NCBI GenBank assembly: GCA_032718475.1
Contig: JAUCBJ010008445.1
Coordinates: 1-54,286 of the forward strand
Length of the DNA: 54,286 bases
Origin: Nemertoderma westbladi
Lineage: Eukaryota; Animalia; Xenacoelomorpha
Reading direction: 5' to 3'
Within the stretch, counting starts at the first letter, position 1, and each line of letters starts with the position of its first letter. Positions 36,163-48,492 of this stretch are shown here, in pieces. Under the pieces are notes generated by a model that made no database searches, was not told the origin of the DNA, and saw only the letters and a list, made by a program, of their open reading frames with translations. Both the position numbers and the translations under genes were made by a program.

Positions 36163-36597
36163 GTGGAGAAGGGGGGATATATGGTCCCGGGTGACGTGGA
36201 GACAGTAGAGGATGATGGTGGGACAAGAAAGGGGTCAGGAGGGTCGAGTAGAACTATATTGCTGCATTTAGTGGCGGTGAACGGAGATATTTTTCTGTTT
36301 GATCTAGCGACCTATGGTAAGAAGACTGGGCCAAAGTTGAACCGCCTACCAGATGCGATGCAGAAGATGGTAAGTTCAAAGACTATGATTGAGATTGGAT
36401 CGGCGATACGTGGTGAAGTGGAGAGGATTATTGGACCGGGCACCCCGAATCTTCTGGACATGCAGGTAGTCTACAAGGTTATGACAAAACCAGATGGACT
36501 TGCGGATTCACTCAAGTGGGGGGCGAGACGGGGAGAGACGATTTATATCACTTCCGAAGGGGGGGTTAAGACACGTCGTGTAGACGAATATATATAA
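36163..36597 (+). pseudogene. Element A accessory ORF remnant: DEDDy-type 3'-5' exonuclease-like
   Basis: GDVE (ExoI-like), ILLHLVAVNGDIFLFDL, LPDAMQKMVSSKTMIEIGSAIRGE (ExoII-like), NLLDMQVVY. Confidence 0.65.
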
Positions 36598-37022
36598 TAT
36601 ATAATATACGTACTATAGTCAAGTACTTTTTTCCAACTAGCTACTGGGACTGGGGACCAATTGACTAGAACAGGAAGACAAGACATTAGACGGAACACTT
36701 CTTGAGTGCGACGGCATAAACGAGAATGTTAGGCCCGACAGAAGTGAGTGGGGATAAAATGGGTTGAGTATCAGGGGAGCATGGGGAGAAGGTGCTAGAG
36801 TTAATGGAGAAAAGTAAAGGGTGCGAGGTCCGAGTGTGGGGAGCGAGCGGAGAGGAGGATGAGTCCTAAGAGACTAGTGAGAGAAAAAGGGACAACAAAG
36901 TCCGAGAGATAAAATTGCGTGACGAGTGAGATCCACATCCATAATTAGATTGGATTCCAGCGGAATTGAAGCGCACTTAAGGTTGATGCTATCTTCTCAC
37001 TGGGAAGATAACATGGGGGGAG

Positions 37023-37689
37023 TGTAAGCGGATTCAATTCCCTGCACTACCCAGCAGAAAATGGGCGAAGTGGCATTTTACCAATTATACTTGGGAAGGT
37101 GACATTACCAATAATAATGTCAACTAACAACCAATTTAGGCGATACACATCGCCAGCCACAAAGAAAGTTGAGAGGTCATAAACCATCTCAGGGGACAAA
37201 GGGGCTAGCAGGGCTAGCACGTGGGGAGAGTGGCAACAGGGAGTGGCGTGATGGTAATTAATCGGTTTAGCCAATGATGGGAGGGGAAAAGGTGGCGTGG
37301 TGATGGTGATGGCGTGGTGAAAAGGATGGCAGGTGATTGGAACGCATCTACTGGCCAGGCCACTCAATACAGTAGCTGTGATTAATATGTGTTAGTAATA
37401 TATAACCGTTGCACTTGTGGATTATGATTCAGTTGGTAATCTGTAGAGTTGTGAGACTGGAACGGTTTTTAACCGTCGTCATTACCGTGCTATCATATTC
37501 TGACTGTGCTATTATTATGTTCTGTGATTATAACAACTAAGACTAAAACTGAGTTATTCCAACGGCCTCCGGCCTATTATATTATATTCAGACACCACAG
37601 CCTTTCAGCAGCCTACAGACGCGGCGACGCGTATAACACACACACACCAGTCGGGGTCCAAACTGCCAACTCTGTTGGATCCCATCACA
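37023..37689 (+). repeat. 3' LTR of element A
   Basis: Runs tgtaagcggattc...cccatcaca. TATATAA at ~37399 with TCAGT about 30 nt downstream. Confidence 0.9.
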
Positions 37690-37734
37690 AATCCCGCACC
37701 CAGCTCAAACAAACTCAAACTAAACATTGGTGTG

Positions 37735-37876
37735 GATTTTAGTTGCAATGCATGCGAATTTGGTTCCAATGGATGCGAATTTAGTTCCAATGGATGCGAA
37801 TTTAGTTCCAATGGATGCGAACTTAGTTCCAATGGAAACGAATTTAGTTCAAATGGAAGCAAATTTAGTTCCAATG
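37735..37876. repeat. 21-bp minisatellite (~6-7 copies)
   Basis: Repeated unit gaatttagttccaatggatgc. Confidence 0.9.
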
Positions 37877-38722
37877 TTTCAGGTGTTGGGCGAGCCACGT
37901 AGTTGGTGAAGAATCTGTTTAATGACATTATTAGGTGGATGGTTAAATAATAATTGTAAATAACTAATCCAAAACACCCAACCTCCTAACCAAAACAATC
38001 TTATCCCAAACAACGCCCGACCTCTAAACCCAAACAATGCCCAACCTCCTAACACAAACAACGCCCATCCACCTAATCCGAAACAACTGGTAAATATTGT
38101 ATTTGGTGTGAAAATGGCACATGTGGATGACTTGAGTATATAATACTACAGACTCATTCAGTCAGTATCAATATACCCGTAATTAATATAAAAAAACAAT
38201 AAAACAACAAAAACTAATATAGATTTCAAAATGTGTAATTATACATTTAATTCATCAATAATAATTCCTTTTTTAAAAATGACAGAAGGGTTTTACAATT
38301 ATTGTACACTATACACTAATTACACTAATTAAGTAATTCGTACAATTAGCCTGTACACTAATTAAATATATTTCTGAGAAGAATCTCATTCTGAATATCA
38401 TTTCTCAAACTGGGTAGGCCTACCCGTATACTGCTCGCTTACATTCGAGGTTCGCCACACATTGAAATAATTACACATTGCTTACATTGAAATAATAGTG
38501 TGTGCAGATCTTGCTAAACTATGCTCACTATCATGATATATAGACGGAAGTGCAGTGCACGTCACAGATAATTTTCTTCTGGATATCGGGTTGAAAAACC
38601 TATCAGTTTATGAGTTTCGAGACAAATCAATCTCTTCTAATCTCATCTACAATGTCATGGGTCTTTGAGTATATTCATGTGAAAAACTGTTTAAATTTTA
38701 AAATTGCTCTACTGAGTTGTAT

Positions 38723-39034
38723 TGTGAAGGGATTCACGAGTTGGCGAGGGAATCCCAACCGGATGTGTTCGCTTTCGGGCTATACGTGTCGCCGCGTCCG
38801 TAGGCTGCTGAAAGGCTGGCAATGTCTGAGTTCTAAGGCCGAAGGCGGTTTGAATAACTGAGTTTTAGTAGCAGTTGTTCGTAATGTCAGAATATAATAA
38901 TAGCACAATCAGAATATAATAGCACGGTAAATGACGATGGTTAAAAACCGTTCCAGTCCCACAACTCTACACATACCAACTGAAAAATAGGTAATAAGTG
39001 TAACGGTTATATTACTAACACACGTAATCCGCTT
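38723..39034 (-). mobile_element. Shorter LTR related to the A LTR, cut at its 5' tip by the LINE
   Basis: The reverse complement reads aagcggatt..gttagtaatataaccgtt..gagttgtgggactggaacggtttttaacc..cagcctttcagcagcctacggacgcggcgac..cttcaca. Confidence 0.75.
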
Positions 39035-39056
39035 CTCCAGTGATCACCGCCTTATT

Positions 39057-40710
39057 GTGGCCAAGGTAAGACTTAGTCTGCGTGCTAGCAGAACAACGAA
39101 ATCTGCCTTGCCGCGGCATGACTGGTCCTCTCTGTTGCAACAGCCAAGTGTGAGATCCAGCTTCACACTACAGCTGAGCAACAGGTATGAGGTTCTTGCC
39201 TCTGAGGCCGCAGATCACTGTGAGGACTATACTGCCTTCACAGAAGCAGTTAAGTTAGCAGCTGCAGAAACAGTTCCTGTATACCCTCGAAACAGGAAAA
39301 GGGCCCCCTGGATGGACTGACAACAAAATCCAGAAGTGCCGAAATGACCTATATAAGGCGCAGATAGAGTCCCGACTCAAACAGACTACAGCAGCCAAGA
39401 ATGCAGTTAAGGCTGCATCTAGGTCCCTGAACAGGCAGTATTCTGTTAATCTACAGGAGCTAATAAACCAACAGGTTGATGCCATCAATGATGCTGACGA
39501 CAGCAGGCAATCATCCCAGGCATGGAAATCGATCAACTTGCTTACTGGGAGGAAAAGCCAACCAACCACCAAGGTTAAGGCTGAATCACCAGCCGATCGC
39601 CTCAATAATGGTTGGAAGGCCCACTTTGAAAACCTCCTCAATAATGACAGGGTATTACCTGATAACTTTATAGAAGTAAAAGTGTCTGAGTCTGTACTCC
39701 TAGATATTCCCATTGGCGATAAATCCTTTGCAGAAGTGAAGGCTGCTGCAAAGAGCATTAAGACCAATCGTGCCAGTGGAGTAGATGGTGTTCCCCCTGA
39801 AGTCTTTAAAATACCTGAGTGTTTAAAGCTCATCTATCCCATCATAGTAGACATGTACCGAACAACAAGAGTCCCACAAGAAATGAAAACAAATAAGTTG
39901 GTGCCAGTTCCCAAGAAGGTCAACCTAACACTCTATGGTTCTTTTCGGGGAATCTCATTGATCTCGATTGCTGCAAAGCTATACAATAGAATTCTATTAA
40001 ATCGCATCAGGGATCCCATTGAGAGACTGCTTCGTGGAAATCAGAATGGATTCCGTAAAGGTCGTGGGACCATGGAACCCATTTTGGCACTTAGAAGGAT
40101 AATTGAAGAGTTATCAAAAAAGAAAGACAGGCATCTGGCTGTTATCTTTGTTGACTTCTTCAAGGCCTTTGATTCAATCTCCCGCTCACGTATGTTCAGC
40201 ATACTTTCATTATATGGGATTCCTGATGAAATTATTGCAGCAATCAGATCAGTATACGATGGTTCAACAACATTTGTGTCTACTGTTGATGGTGACACAG
40301 AACCATTTGAAGTGTTATGGGGCGTCCTCCAGGGAGACATACTTGCACCATTCTTGTTCATAATTGTGGTTGACTATGTTCTACGCATGTCCTTAGATCA
40401 TCATAATGATGATGGGGTGCTGATAACTCCACCTACTGGCTCCAGAAGTCGAGGAAATCCTGCCAAGTACCTAACTGATCTAGACTTTGCTGATGACTTA
40501 GGAGTACTCTCAGAATCACTAGAGGGAGCCCAACGGTTCCTCAGCTCATTAGAACATGCTGCTTCTAGTGTTGGTCTTTTTATTAATTCCAGAAAGACCA
40601 AAATTTTGACAGTTAACTTTGAAAGTTCTCAGCAAGTCTCTGATCGGATGAGCATAAGCTCAAGGGATGTTATGCTTGAGCATGTGGACGACTTCTGTTA
40701 CCTGGGATCA
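39057..40710 (+). pseudogene. RTE-like LINE ORF (linker + reverse transcriptase)
   Basis: Non-LTR RT motifs as above. Frameshift near 39320. Broken after FCYLGS. Confidence 0.85.
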
Positions 40711-40769
40711 CTACTGTGGGATCTCCAACACTACCAATTTGTTTCCTACGTATTTGATAATTTGGGCCC

Positions 40770-43700
40770 ATGCCGCCTAAATCTAAAGGGAAGCAAATAC
40801 CCACGTCACCGCCCATGGCGGACAGCAGCGACGGCGACGAAACTATAGAAGCCCGAGGCGGCAGTCACACTCCTATCCGGATGGATGACCTCGCGCATAT
40901 TTTCGCCCACCAACAGACTGCTATGGCTCGGCTGCTGGCGCAACAGCAGGAAGATGCCAACCGTCGCCAGGAGGCTGCGGACGACCGCCTACTTCAACAA
41001 CAGGCGGCCGCGGACGACCACATCACTCAAATCCTCGCGGCTTTACAACCCGGCGTGGCGGCGGCCGCCGCACCTGGACCGCCGGTGACCCAACCCACAT
41101 ACGCGGGGGCCGCTACGAACCCAGCTCCACGACGCCGGGTTATCAACATCTCTGCCATGGAGAAGATCGACGCGGACGTCGATTTCTCCTCGTTCCGCTG
41201 GTGGAGACAGGCGTGGAGGGTCCACGCCCACCGGCAGCAGGTTGCCACATTCCCCAGGGCGGAGCAGGTTTATGCTCTCGTCACCGCCCTGGGCAGCGAC
41301 CTCCAGGAGACCATCCGCGTCACCCTCCAGGTTGACATCGACTCGGACGAGACGACCCCTTGAGACGATCCTCAACACTCTCCAGGCCCACCTCCGCTCC
41401 AAACGGAGCATCGCGATCGACGCGATCAAGTTTCACGAGTGCCGCCAAGGTGGGAACGAGGGGTTCAACTCCTTCAGGGTGGCCCTGGAGGACCTTGCGG
41501 ACACCGCCGAACTCTGCGGCCACTGCCGGGACCGGCAGATCGTTACCCAAATCCTCGTAGGTGTGCGGTGCTCGGAGACCCGCACCGAGCTGCTCAAGGT
41601 GCTCCCACAGCCAACCCTCGAGGACTGCGTGTGGATCGCGCAGAGTGTGGAGGCCAGTGAGAGGAATGACTCCATTCTGGCGAGCGGGAAACCGATCCAC
41701 AAACTCTCCTCCTACAAACGCGAGCGCTCGGTTTCCCGAACCCCGGCGGCCTCCCGCACCCCGGCAGGTTCTCGCTACTCATCCCCCGATCCTTCCCGTC
41801 GAACCAATGCATCCAACAGTTGCGGCAACTGTGGGCGAACCCACGACAAGGGGAAGGACTGCCACGCCAAGGGTATCATGTGCCACGCCTGCGGCAGGAA
41901 GGGGCACTTCAAGTCGGTGTGCTGGTCCAAATCTGCACCCAAATCGTTGAAGGTTTTGATGATCTTCCGACAACAGAGCATCCACAGCTCAGACAAAGAC
42001 CGGACCAGTTGCGACCTCAACTACATCTCTGTCGATGTAACAAACTTGAGGACAAACTGGTTTATGGGACGGGCCCGCCACTCCCTCCCAGATAGCGGAG
42101 CGGCCACCTCCGTCCTCAACGAGAAACTCTTCCTCCAACTTGGGGGTCACCATGCCGAACTCCTCCCGCTGCGGGAAGACGACAAGTTCGAGGTGGCAAA
42201 CCGGCTCCCCATGGCGGCCATGGGACGGTTCCCGGTGGAGCTCAAATACTTCAGGGTGAAGGCGATCACCGAACTGGTCATCTCCCCAGAGTCCGACGGT
42301 TTAATCCTCTCCAAGAGGACCATCCAGGACCTCGCCATCCTCCCGCGGAATTTCCTGGCTCCCCTCTGCAGCCGAGGAACCGTCGCCTCCGTCGCTCCAT
42401 CCTCGGCGACCCGCTCCCGGGACGACTACCTCCGCGAGTTCGACGACGTCTTCGACGACGACTCCGCCCACTCCCGATGATGCACAGCCCGCCCATGCAC
42501 ATCCTGCTGAAAGATGGGACGACGCCGTTCCACATCAACGGCGCGCGACCCATCCCGTTCGCGACTTTGCGTTGACCTCCGCCACTTAAACTCGCAGGTA
42601 CGACGTCCCTGCTATCCTACCCCGAGTCCACAGTCGGCGGTGGCCGGAGTTTCTTCCACCGCCCAAGTTTTCTCCGTGTTTGACGCCGCCAGTGGCTACT
42701 GGCAGGTTCCCCTGGATGAGGAGTCACAACTCCTCACAACTTTCGCGACTCCCTGGGGCCGGTACCGTCACACCCGCAGCGTCATGGGGCTCATCTCGTC
42801 CGGAGATGAGTTTAACCGGCGGGGCGACCACGCACTCCAGGGACTCCCCAACCTCAGCAAGGTTGTAGACGATGTGCTCCTCTACAACGACACCATGGAG
42901 GAGCACCTGGCCAACGTCGGCCAGTTCATGGAGTGGTGCCGGACCCACGGCATTACACTGCACCCTGGGAAGGTGCAGTTTGCCCAGGCCGAAGTTCGGT
43001 TCGCTGGGTACCTATCGGCGCCTCCGGTATTAAGGCCGACCCGGAGAAACTGAAGGCGATCGCCGCCTTCCCCCACCCAGGGAACATCACTGACCTCCGC
43101 AGCTTCATGGGACTCGTGGAGCAACTCGCTCCATTCTCCGGCGACATCGCCGCCGCCATATCTCCACCCCGCCCCCTCCTCAGTACGAAGGCGACCTTCA
43201 CCTGGACGGGGGACCACGAACGGGCCTTCGAGGCCACTAAACTGGCTCTTATAACCCCACCGACCCTCGCCCCATTCGACACGACCAGGGAGACCCGCCT
43301 CGTTACAGACGCCTCCCGGCTGAAGGGCCTCGGTTACACCCTCCTCCAGCGGTACGGGGAGGATTGGAGGCTGATCGAGTGCGGCTCGATGTTCACCACC
43401 GACACGGAGTCCAGGTACGCCATCGTGGAACTCGAGCTCCTCGCCATCGTATGGGCCGTCCAGAAGTGCCGGCTGTATCTTCTCGTCCTCCCCCACTTCA
43501 ACTTGATTGTCGACCACCAACCGCTCGTCACAATCATCGACAAGTATACGGTGGATGCCACTGACAACACCCGCCTCCAATGCTTCAAGACTAAACTGGC
43601 CCCGTACCAGTTCACCACCACGTGGACCAAGGGGAAGGACCACGCCATCGCCGATGCATTGTCCTGCGCCCCGGTCAATGACCCCACACCCGATGACATC

Positions 43701-45077
43701 GTCTACGATGGGGACATGGCGATCTACATCAGGGCAGTCACCCGCCAGTCCGCCGCCGACATAACTGGCGGACCACCTCGCGGATCCCATCCTCGAGGAA
43801 CTCGCCCGAGTGGGTAGGGACGACCCGGACTATAAAGCCCTACTCGCCGCCATTGAGTCGGGCTTCCCGGAATCCGGCCTGAAGGAACCGGCTGTCAACA
43901 TATACTGGTCCGCCCGGGACCAGTTAACTACGGACGGGGACCTGGCCTTGTTCGCCACCATATTGTGGTCCGCACAGGGTCCCGGAAACCCACCCTCGCG
44001 CGCCTACACGCGGCACACCAGGGGGTGGAAAAAACGCTACGTCGTGCCCGGCAGTGTGTATACTGGCCGGGCATCACCAACGACATCCGGACGTCCGTGG
44101 GCACCTGCAGCGTGTGTCTGGCCTGTCGGTCAAGTCAGACCAAGGAACCATTTCTGACGGAGCCCCCACCAACTCGCCCGTTTGAAGATATCTCGGGAGA
44201 TTTCTTCTCACTCCACGGGAAATATTTCCTCGCCACCGCTGACAGATATTCCAGATGGCCGGAAATCTACAGTTTCTCCGCCCCACCCACCGCTGCCCGG
44301 ACAACCACCGCCCTGCGTGACTGGTTCGTCCGCTACGGGGTACCAACCCGCTTCCGGTTGGACGGCGGAACCCAGTTCACAGCAGCAGAGCTGACCAGCC
44401 TCCTGAAAGACTGGGGGGTCACACCGGTCACATCGTCACCAGAATGCCCCCAGAGTAACAGGCACGCTGAATCAGCAGTGAAGGCCCTCAAGCGCCTACT
44501 GGAGAAGACTGGGGGGTCAATGACCTCTGCCACGTTTCAAGAGGGGCTCCTGGAACTCCGAAACAGCCCCAGGGAGAGCGGCTTCTCCCCAGCGGACATC
44601 GTGTTCGGCCATCCTATGAGGTCGCGCATTCCGGCCTACACAGTGCCTTCGCTCGGACACTCCAGGAGACCCGGACGGAGCTAGACCGAGTGGCGCCAGC
44701 ATTAAAATCAACCAGGACCGCCCAATATAACCGCGGAGCGAAGGCCCTGGAACCACTCGCAGTAGGGCGCCAGGGTCCGGGTTAAACACCCGACCAATAA
44801 ACGGTGGGAGCGCACCGGCACCATCGTTGAGTCCGGTAAACACCGGAAGTATACTGTCCGGATGCCTTCTGGACGCACACTCATCCAGAACCGACGCCTA
44901 CTTATTCCGGACACCGCCCTCCAGGAGACACCCACGGGCCTACCAACCCCGGACGCGACACCCACAGCCCCCAAACTCGTACGCTGGCATGAACCCCTCA
45001 TCGAAACTCAACAATTTGAGAAACGTTCAGTTTCCAAATACCCGAGGCGGGTACGTCAGCCACCCGACCGACTCTGA
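40770..45077 (+). pseudogene. pol: Gypsy gag-pol, frameshifted
   Basis: Two Zn knuckles (CGNCGRTH..C, CHACGRKGHFKSVC), PR PDSGA, RT RLCVDLRHLN / FDAASGYWQV / VDDVL, RH TDAS..YAIVELELLA, IN H..HQG..YWPG..CSVC, DGGTQF, PQSN..AE. Confidence 0.9.
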
Positions 45078-45143
45078 CATCTGAGTAAGAACGAATTTTA
45101 GCTCGGGACCGCCTCAGACGGCTAACCCGAGCTCGGAAGGGGG

Positions 45144-45472
45144 TGTGGCAATAGCGACTATGGTACCAGTACCGGCACTAGATACTTTCACTTTTCATGA
45201 CGACCGAGAGTCTGTCTGTGATATATATAGATACTTAGGCGTTCAGGACACTGGGACCTACCTATGAGAAGTCACGGCACACAGACTGTCCTGTCTACCG
45301 GTACTATGTTTGGGCCTAGATCCGTGTAGCCCAGTAGGCTACCTTTATTCAATATATACATTATATATTATTATACTTATCTGCTCCGGCATATGTTCCG
45401 ACTTTACAACATTGCCTGCACGGCATCCCGATACCAGATATGTGGGACCGAGAGTAGATTCTCCCACATACA
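45144..45472 (+). repeat. Gypsy 3' LTR (329 bp)
   Basis: Lies between the PPT and the resumption of the LINE, with TG...CA ends. Confidence 0.75.
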
Positions 45473-46639
45473 GAAGTCACCGAGAATTAATCGGAAACTT
45501 AAGGTCCGATTATTTAGAGCAGCAGTAGTTCCAGTACTCCTCAATGGGAGTCCATGCTGGGCTCTAACTGCTGAGGACACCAAATCTCTGGATGGCACAT
45601 TCACAAGAATGCTACGCCGGGTTCATTGTGTCAAGTACAATGCACACATCTCCAACCAGACACTATATAACATTGGAGGTGTCTCATTGGTTCCCCCAAG
45701 CTTGACACTAGAACAAAATCGCCTCCGCTTTGCAGGACATTGCTTTCGCCGTGAGGACCAGCCAGTGCATAATCTTGTACTTTGGCAGCCTCATGGAGTG
45801 AATAAGCATGGTGGACAGCCCATGACTTTCTTGAGACGCATCTTAAAGGAGACTGGCCTTGAAGATGCGGATGATCTAGCAAATGTCATGGGTGATAGGG
45901 AGTTGTGGCGGCGCAATTTTGTCGACAAGCCGGCACAGCATTCTTAAAAATGCAGCTGCAATGCAGCATGCCGATATTAGTAGTAGTAGTAGTAACAATT
46001 AATATTCATTATCATTAATTAATAATTAAGGTACCTTGAAATGTACGGTTGAGGCTATTGTAATCTATTTATGTGAAGGGAATTCAATAACACAACAATT
46101 AAATATGGATTGAAAATAACTTGTCGTAGAAAATAATAATCAATATTCCACTCTTGATTTAGGCTTTTCAATGGAGGAATGCAAGTTCTCAACCAGTTCC
46201 ACAGGTTGATCTTCTACAGCACATCCTTCCATCCAGTTTCCCAAGTTCCATTATTCGTTTTATACCACATGTCACCACTACACAGATTTTTCAGATTTAG
46301 TGGGGAAAACACCGGACCGGAGGCGACCCAAAGCTGATCCCTTAGCTGTTACCAATGAGGAATGGGTGGGGGGAGTGAACACTAACTCACAAGGGTAAAC
46401 ACTCCATAGCCCTCCAACCATTTCGTTACACCCCAATCCTCAGGCCGAAGCCGGAATGTCTAAAATACAGTGCCTATTCTAAGGAATGTTTGATACCGCT
46501 AACTTGGGGAGGGTGGCCTGGGGGGGGGGGGGGGGGGGTGGGCGTAGACAGTAATTCTTCGTGGAGGGGTGGAAAATCCCTATCATGTGGAGAGAAATTT
46601 TTAGTGATCCTACAGTAAGGTTATATATAACAAATTTAA

Positions 46640-48492
46640 CTTATTTAACTACCTGCAGACTGGTATAATGCAGACGGCGCTTCATTTCTGTAAAGATACA
46701 GCCTATATGCTGTAGTAGATGCTAGCAATAAGTTTCAGTCTAAATGGGTTGTAAATATCAAAGTTGGAGAAGATGTTCACTTGCAGACATTTCGGCCTCT
46801 AGCGGTAGACTGGGGAACCGCAGACGAGACACTACGATTCCTTACAGATGCAAACTATGCTGTAGTTGATACCTTCCAAGTTTCAGTCTAAACGGATTTT
46901 AAATAACAAAGTTGGAGAAGATGTTGAAGAAGATTCGCCCCCTAGCAGCAGACTGGAGAAACGCAGACTGGTCAGAGTCCTTTCAAACCTATGGTCAAGT
47001 ATATATCCGCAAAGTGTCAGTTAGAACAGTTTGAGTCTGGTGGTGCAACTGTTGTACTGTAATACAGTAATAAAGTTTCCTGCCTGTTGACCAGCAATTT
47101 GGCCGAAAACGACTACAGAATAGCCCAATTTGACCACAAATACGCATCCACAAAGGGCATATACACTATACAGGCATCTGGGCTTAGCATATGCGTAAAA
47201 GTATAATATATAAAAATATAGCTTCGAGATAATGACGGTTCACGTTCACACGTGCTTAGAACGATATGCATCACGTAGACGTACAAGATAAGCCCCAACG
47301 TGTAGTGCAGTAGTGTGACAGCCTGCAGCTGCAGACTGAACTGCTACGCCTACCACGAGCGAGACATCCGCAGCCCCACATCAGCGACCACGAATTAAGC
47401 TTTCACGCCAACAAACGTGTAAAATAAAACCCTGAGACAGTGACAGCTGTTTGCATCGTGTTAATGCGCATTGAATGAGCCACAAAGCAAGGAATGAGAG
47501 CGAAATCTGACGACGTGTATCGATGGACATACATTGGTACAAACTGAGCAGATTTATATATATTACAGTAGATAGACTAGAAAGCCAGTGGCCCTTCGGG
47601 CCACGGCTTTCTAGTTCACAAGCCTATTCAGCATTCCAAACATTAATTAATTAATTAATCACTTCCAAAGGATTAAAAATTGTAAAAATATGGAAGAAGG
47701 TTAAACTGTAGAACTGCAGGTCGTTACCATCCTCGTAAACACAACCTACTGTATAGTTTAGTTAGTTTAGTAGGGACTTTTAGATCGCTGCCAAGATTCA
47801 AAATGGGAGAAGGATTTCACTTTCAGACAATTCGTCCCCTATAGTCGCGGAATTGAGAACTGTGGACTGGTCAACGTCCTTCACAAAGATGTAGCCTTAT
47901 GATGTACATACAGTAGTACAGTAGACCTCTGTCAATTAGCAGCCTAAAAGCATTTTTAATAAATAAATGTGCGAATGTTTATACGTATACGTTTATACGA
48001 TAACGTTTACACTTTCAGAAATTTGGCCCCCTAGCGGTAGACTGGAGAAATGCAGACTGGTCCTAGCTCCTCCCCAAACGCGCAGTCTTGGTGTAGTAGA
48101 CCTCTGCCAAGTATCAGCAAAAATCATTAGGAACAACGAAATGGGATAAGGTTTTCACTTTCGGATATCTCTCCCTCTAGTGGCAGACTGGCTAATTGCA
48201 GATTGGTCAGCATCCCCCGCAAACACACAGCCTATGGTGTAGTAGACCTCTGCCACGTATCAACTAAAAGGCATTAATAATAACGAAATGGGAAAAGGTT
48301 TTCAGTTTCGGACATTTCGCCCCCTAGCAGCAGACTGGAGAACTGCAGCTTGATCAGTGTCCTCCCAAATACATAGTCTATGGTCAGGAACATATCTGCA
48401 AAGTATGTATCATTTAGAACAGATTCAGACTGATGGTGCAACTGCTGTTTATAGAGTTTCCTGCCAGCTGACCAGTAATTTGGCTGAAAATG
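46640..48492. repeat. Two related arrays of ~130-bp subrepeats, possibly from a Helitron/Helentron-type non-autonomous element
   Basis: The unit ttcgccccctagc(g/a)g(t/c)agactggagaa..gcagactggtc recurs at ~46795, 46935, 47832, 48025, 48172 and 48317. The shared tail ggtgcaactg..agtttcctgcc..tgaccag occurs at ~47042 and ~48435. Confidence 0.6.

Larger units (their letters stand above)
3375..37689 (+). mobile_element. BEL/Pao LTR retrotransposon A (decayed, host of nested insertions)
   Basis: Paired LTRs 3375-4023 and 37023-37689. Near-perfect TSD AATCA/AATCC. Purine tract (ggggggag) before the 3' LTR. Gag-PR-RT-RH-IN order with BEL-type motifs. Confidence 0.9.
40711..45472 (+). mobile_element. 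Ty3/Gypsy (Mag-like) LTR retrotransposon, decayed, 5' LTR lost
   Basis: GC-rich gag-pol, PPT ggaaggggg (45135-45143), 3' LTR TG..CA at 45144-45472. The LINE resumes at 45473. Confidence 0.85.
39035..45994 (+). mobile_element. RTE-like LINE, 5'-truncated, interrupted by a Gypsy element
   Basis: Starts at the APE end (SDHRLIVAK). RT ORF 39538-40710 has QNGFRKGR, FVDFFKAFDSI, GVLQGD and LDFADD. C-terminus at 45473-45947, then a (TAG)n tail. Confidence 0.88.

Noticed and set aside
37605-37928. Short repetitive ORFs (CEFSSNG / DANLVPM)
   Set aside because: Translations of a 21-bp minisatellite.
41043-45001. Many overlapping antisense and alternative-frame ORFs, e.g. 42882-43790
   Set aside because: Shadows of GC-rich Gypsy coding sequence with no independent motifs.
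45995-46002. ACA after the LINE tail as the missing tip of the 38723 LTR
   Set aside because: The flanks (TGTAT vs ATTAA) give no TSD, so it cannot be supported.
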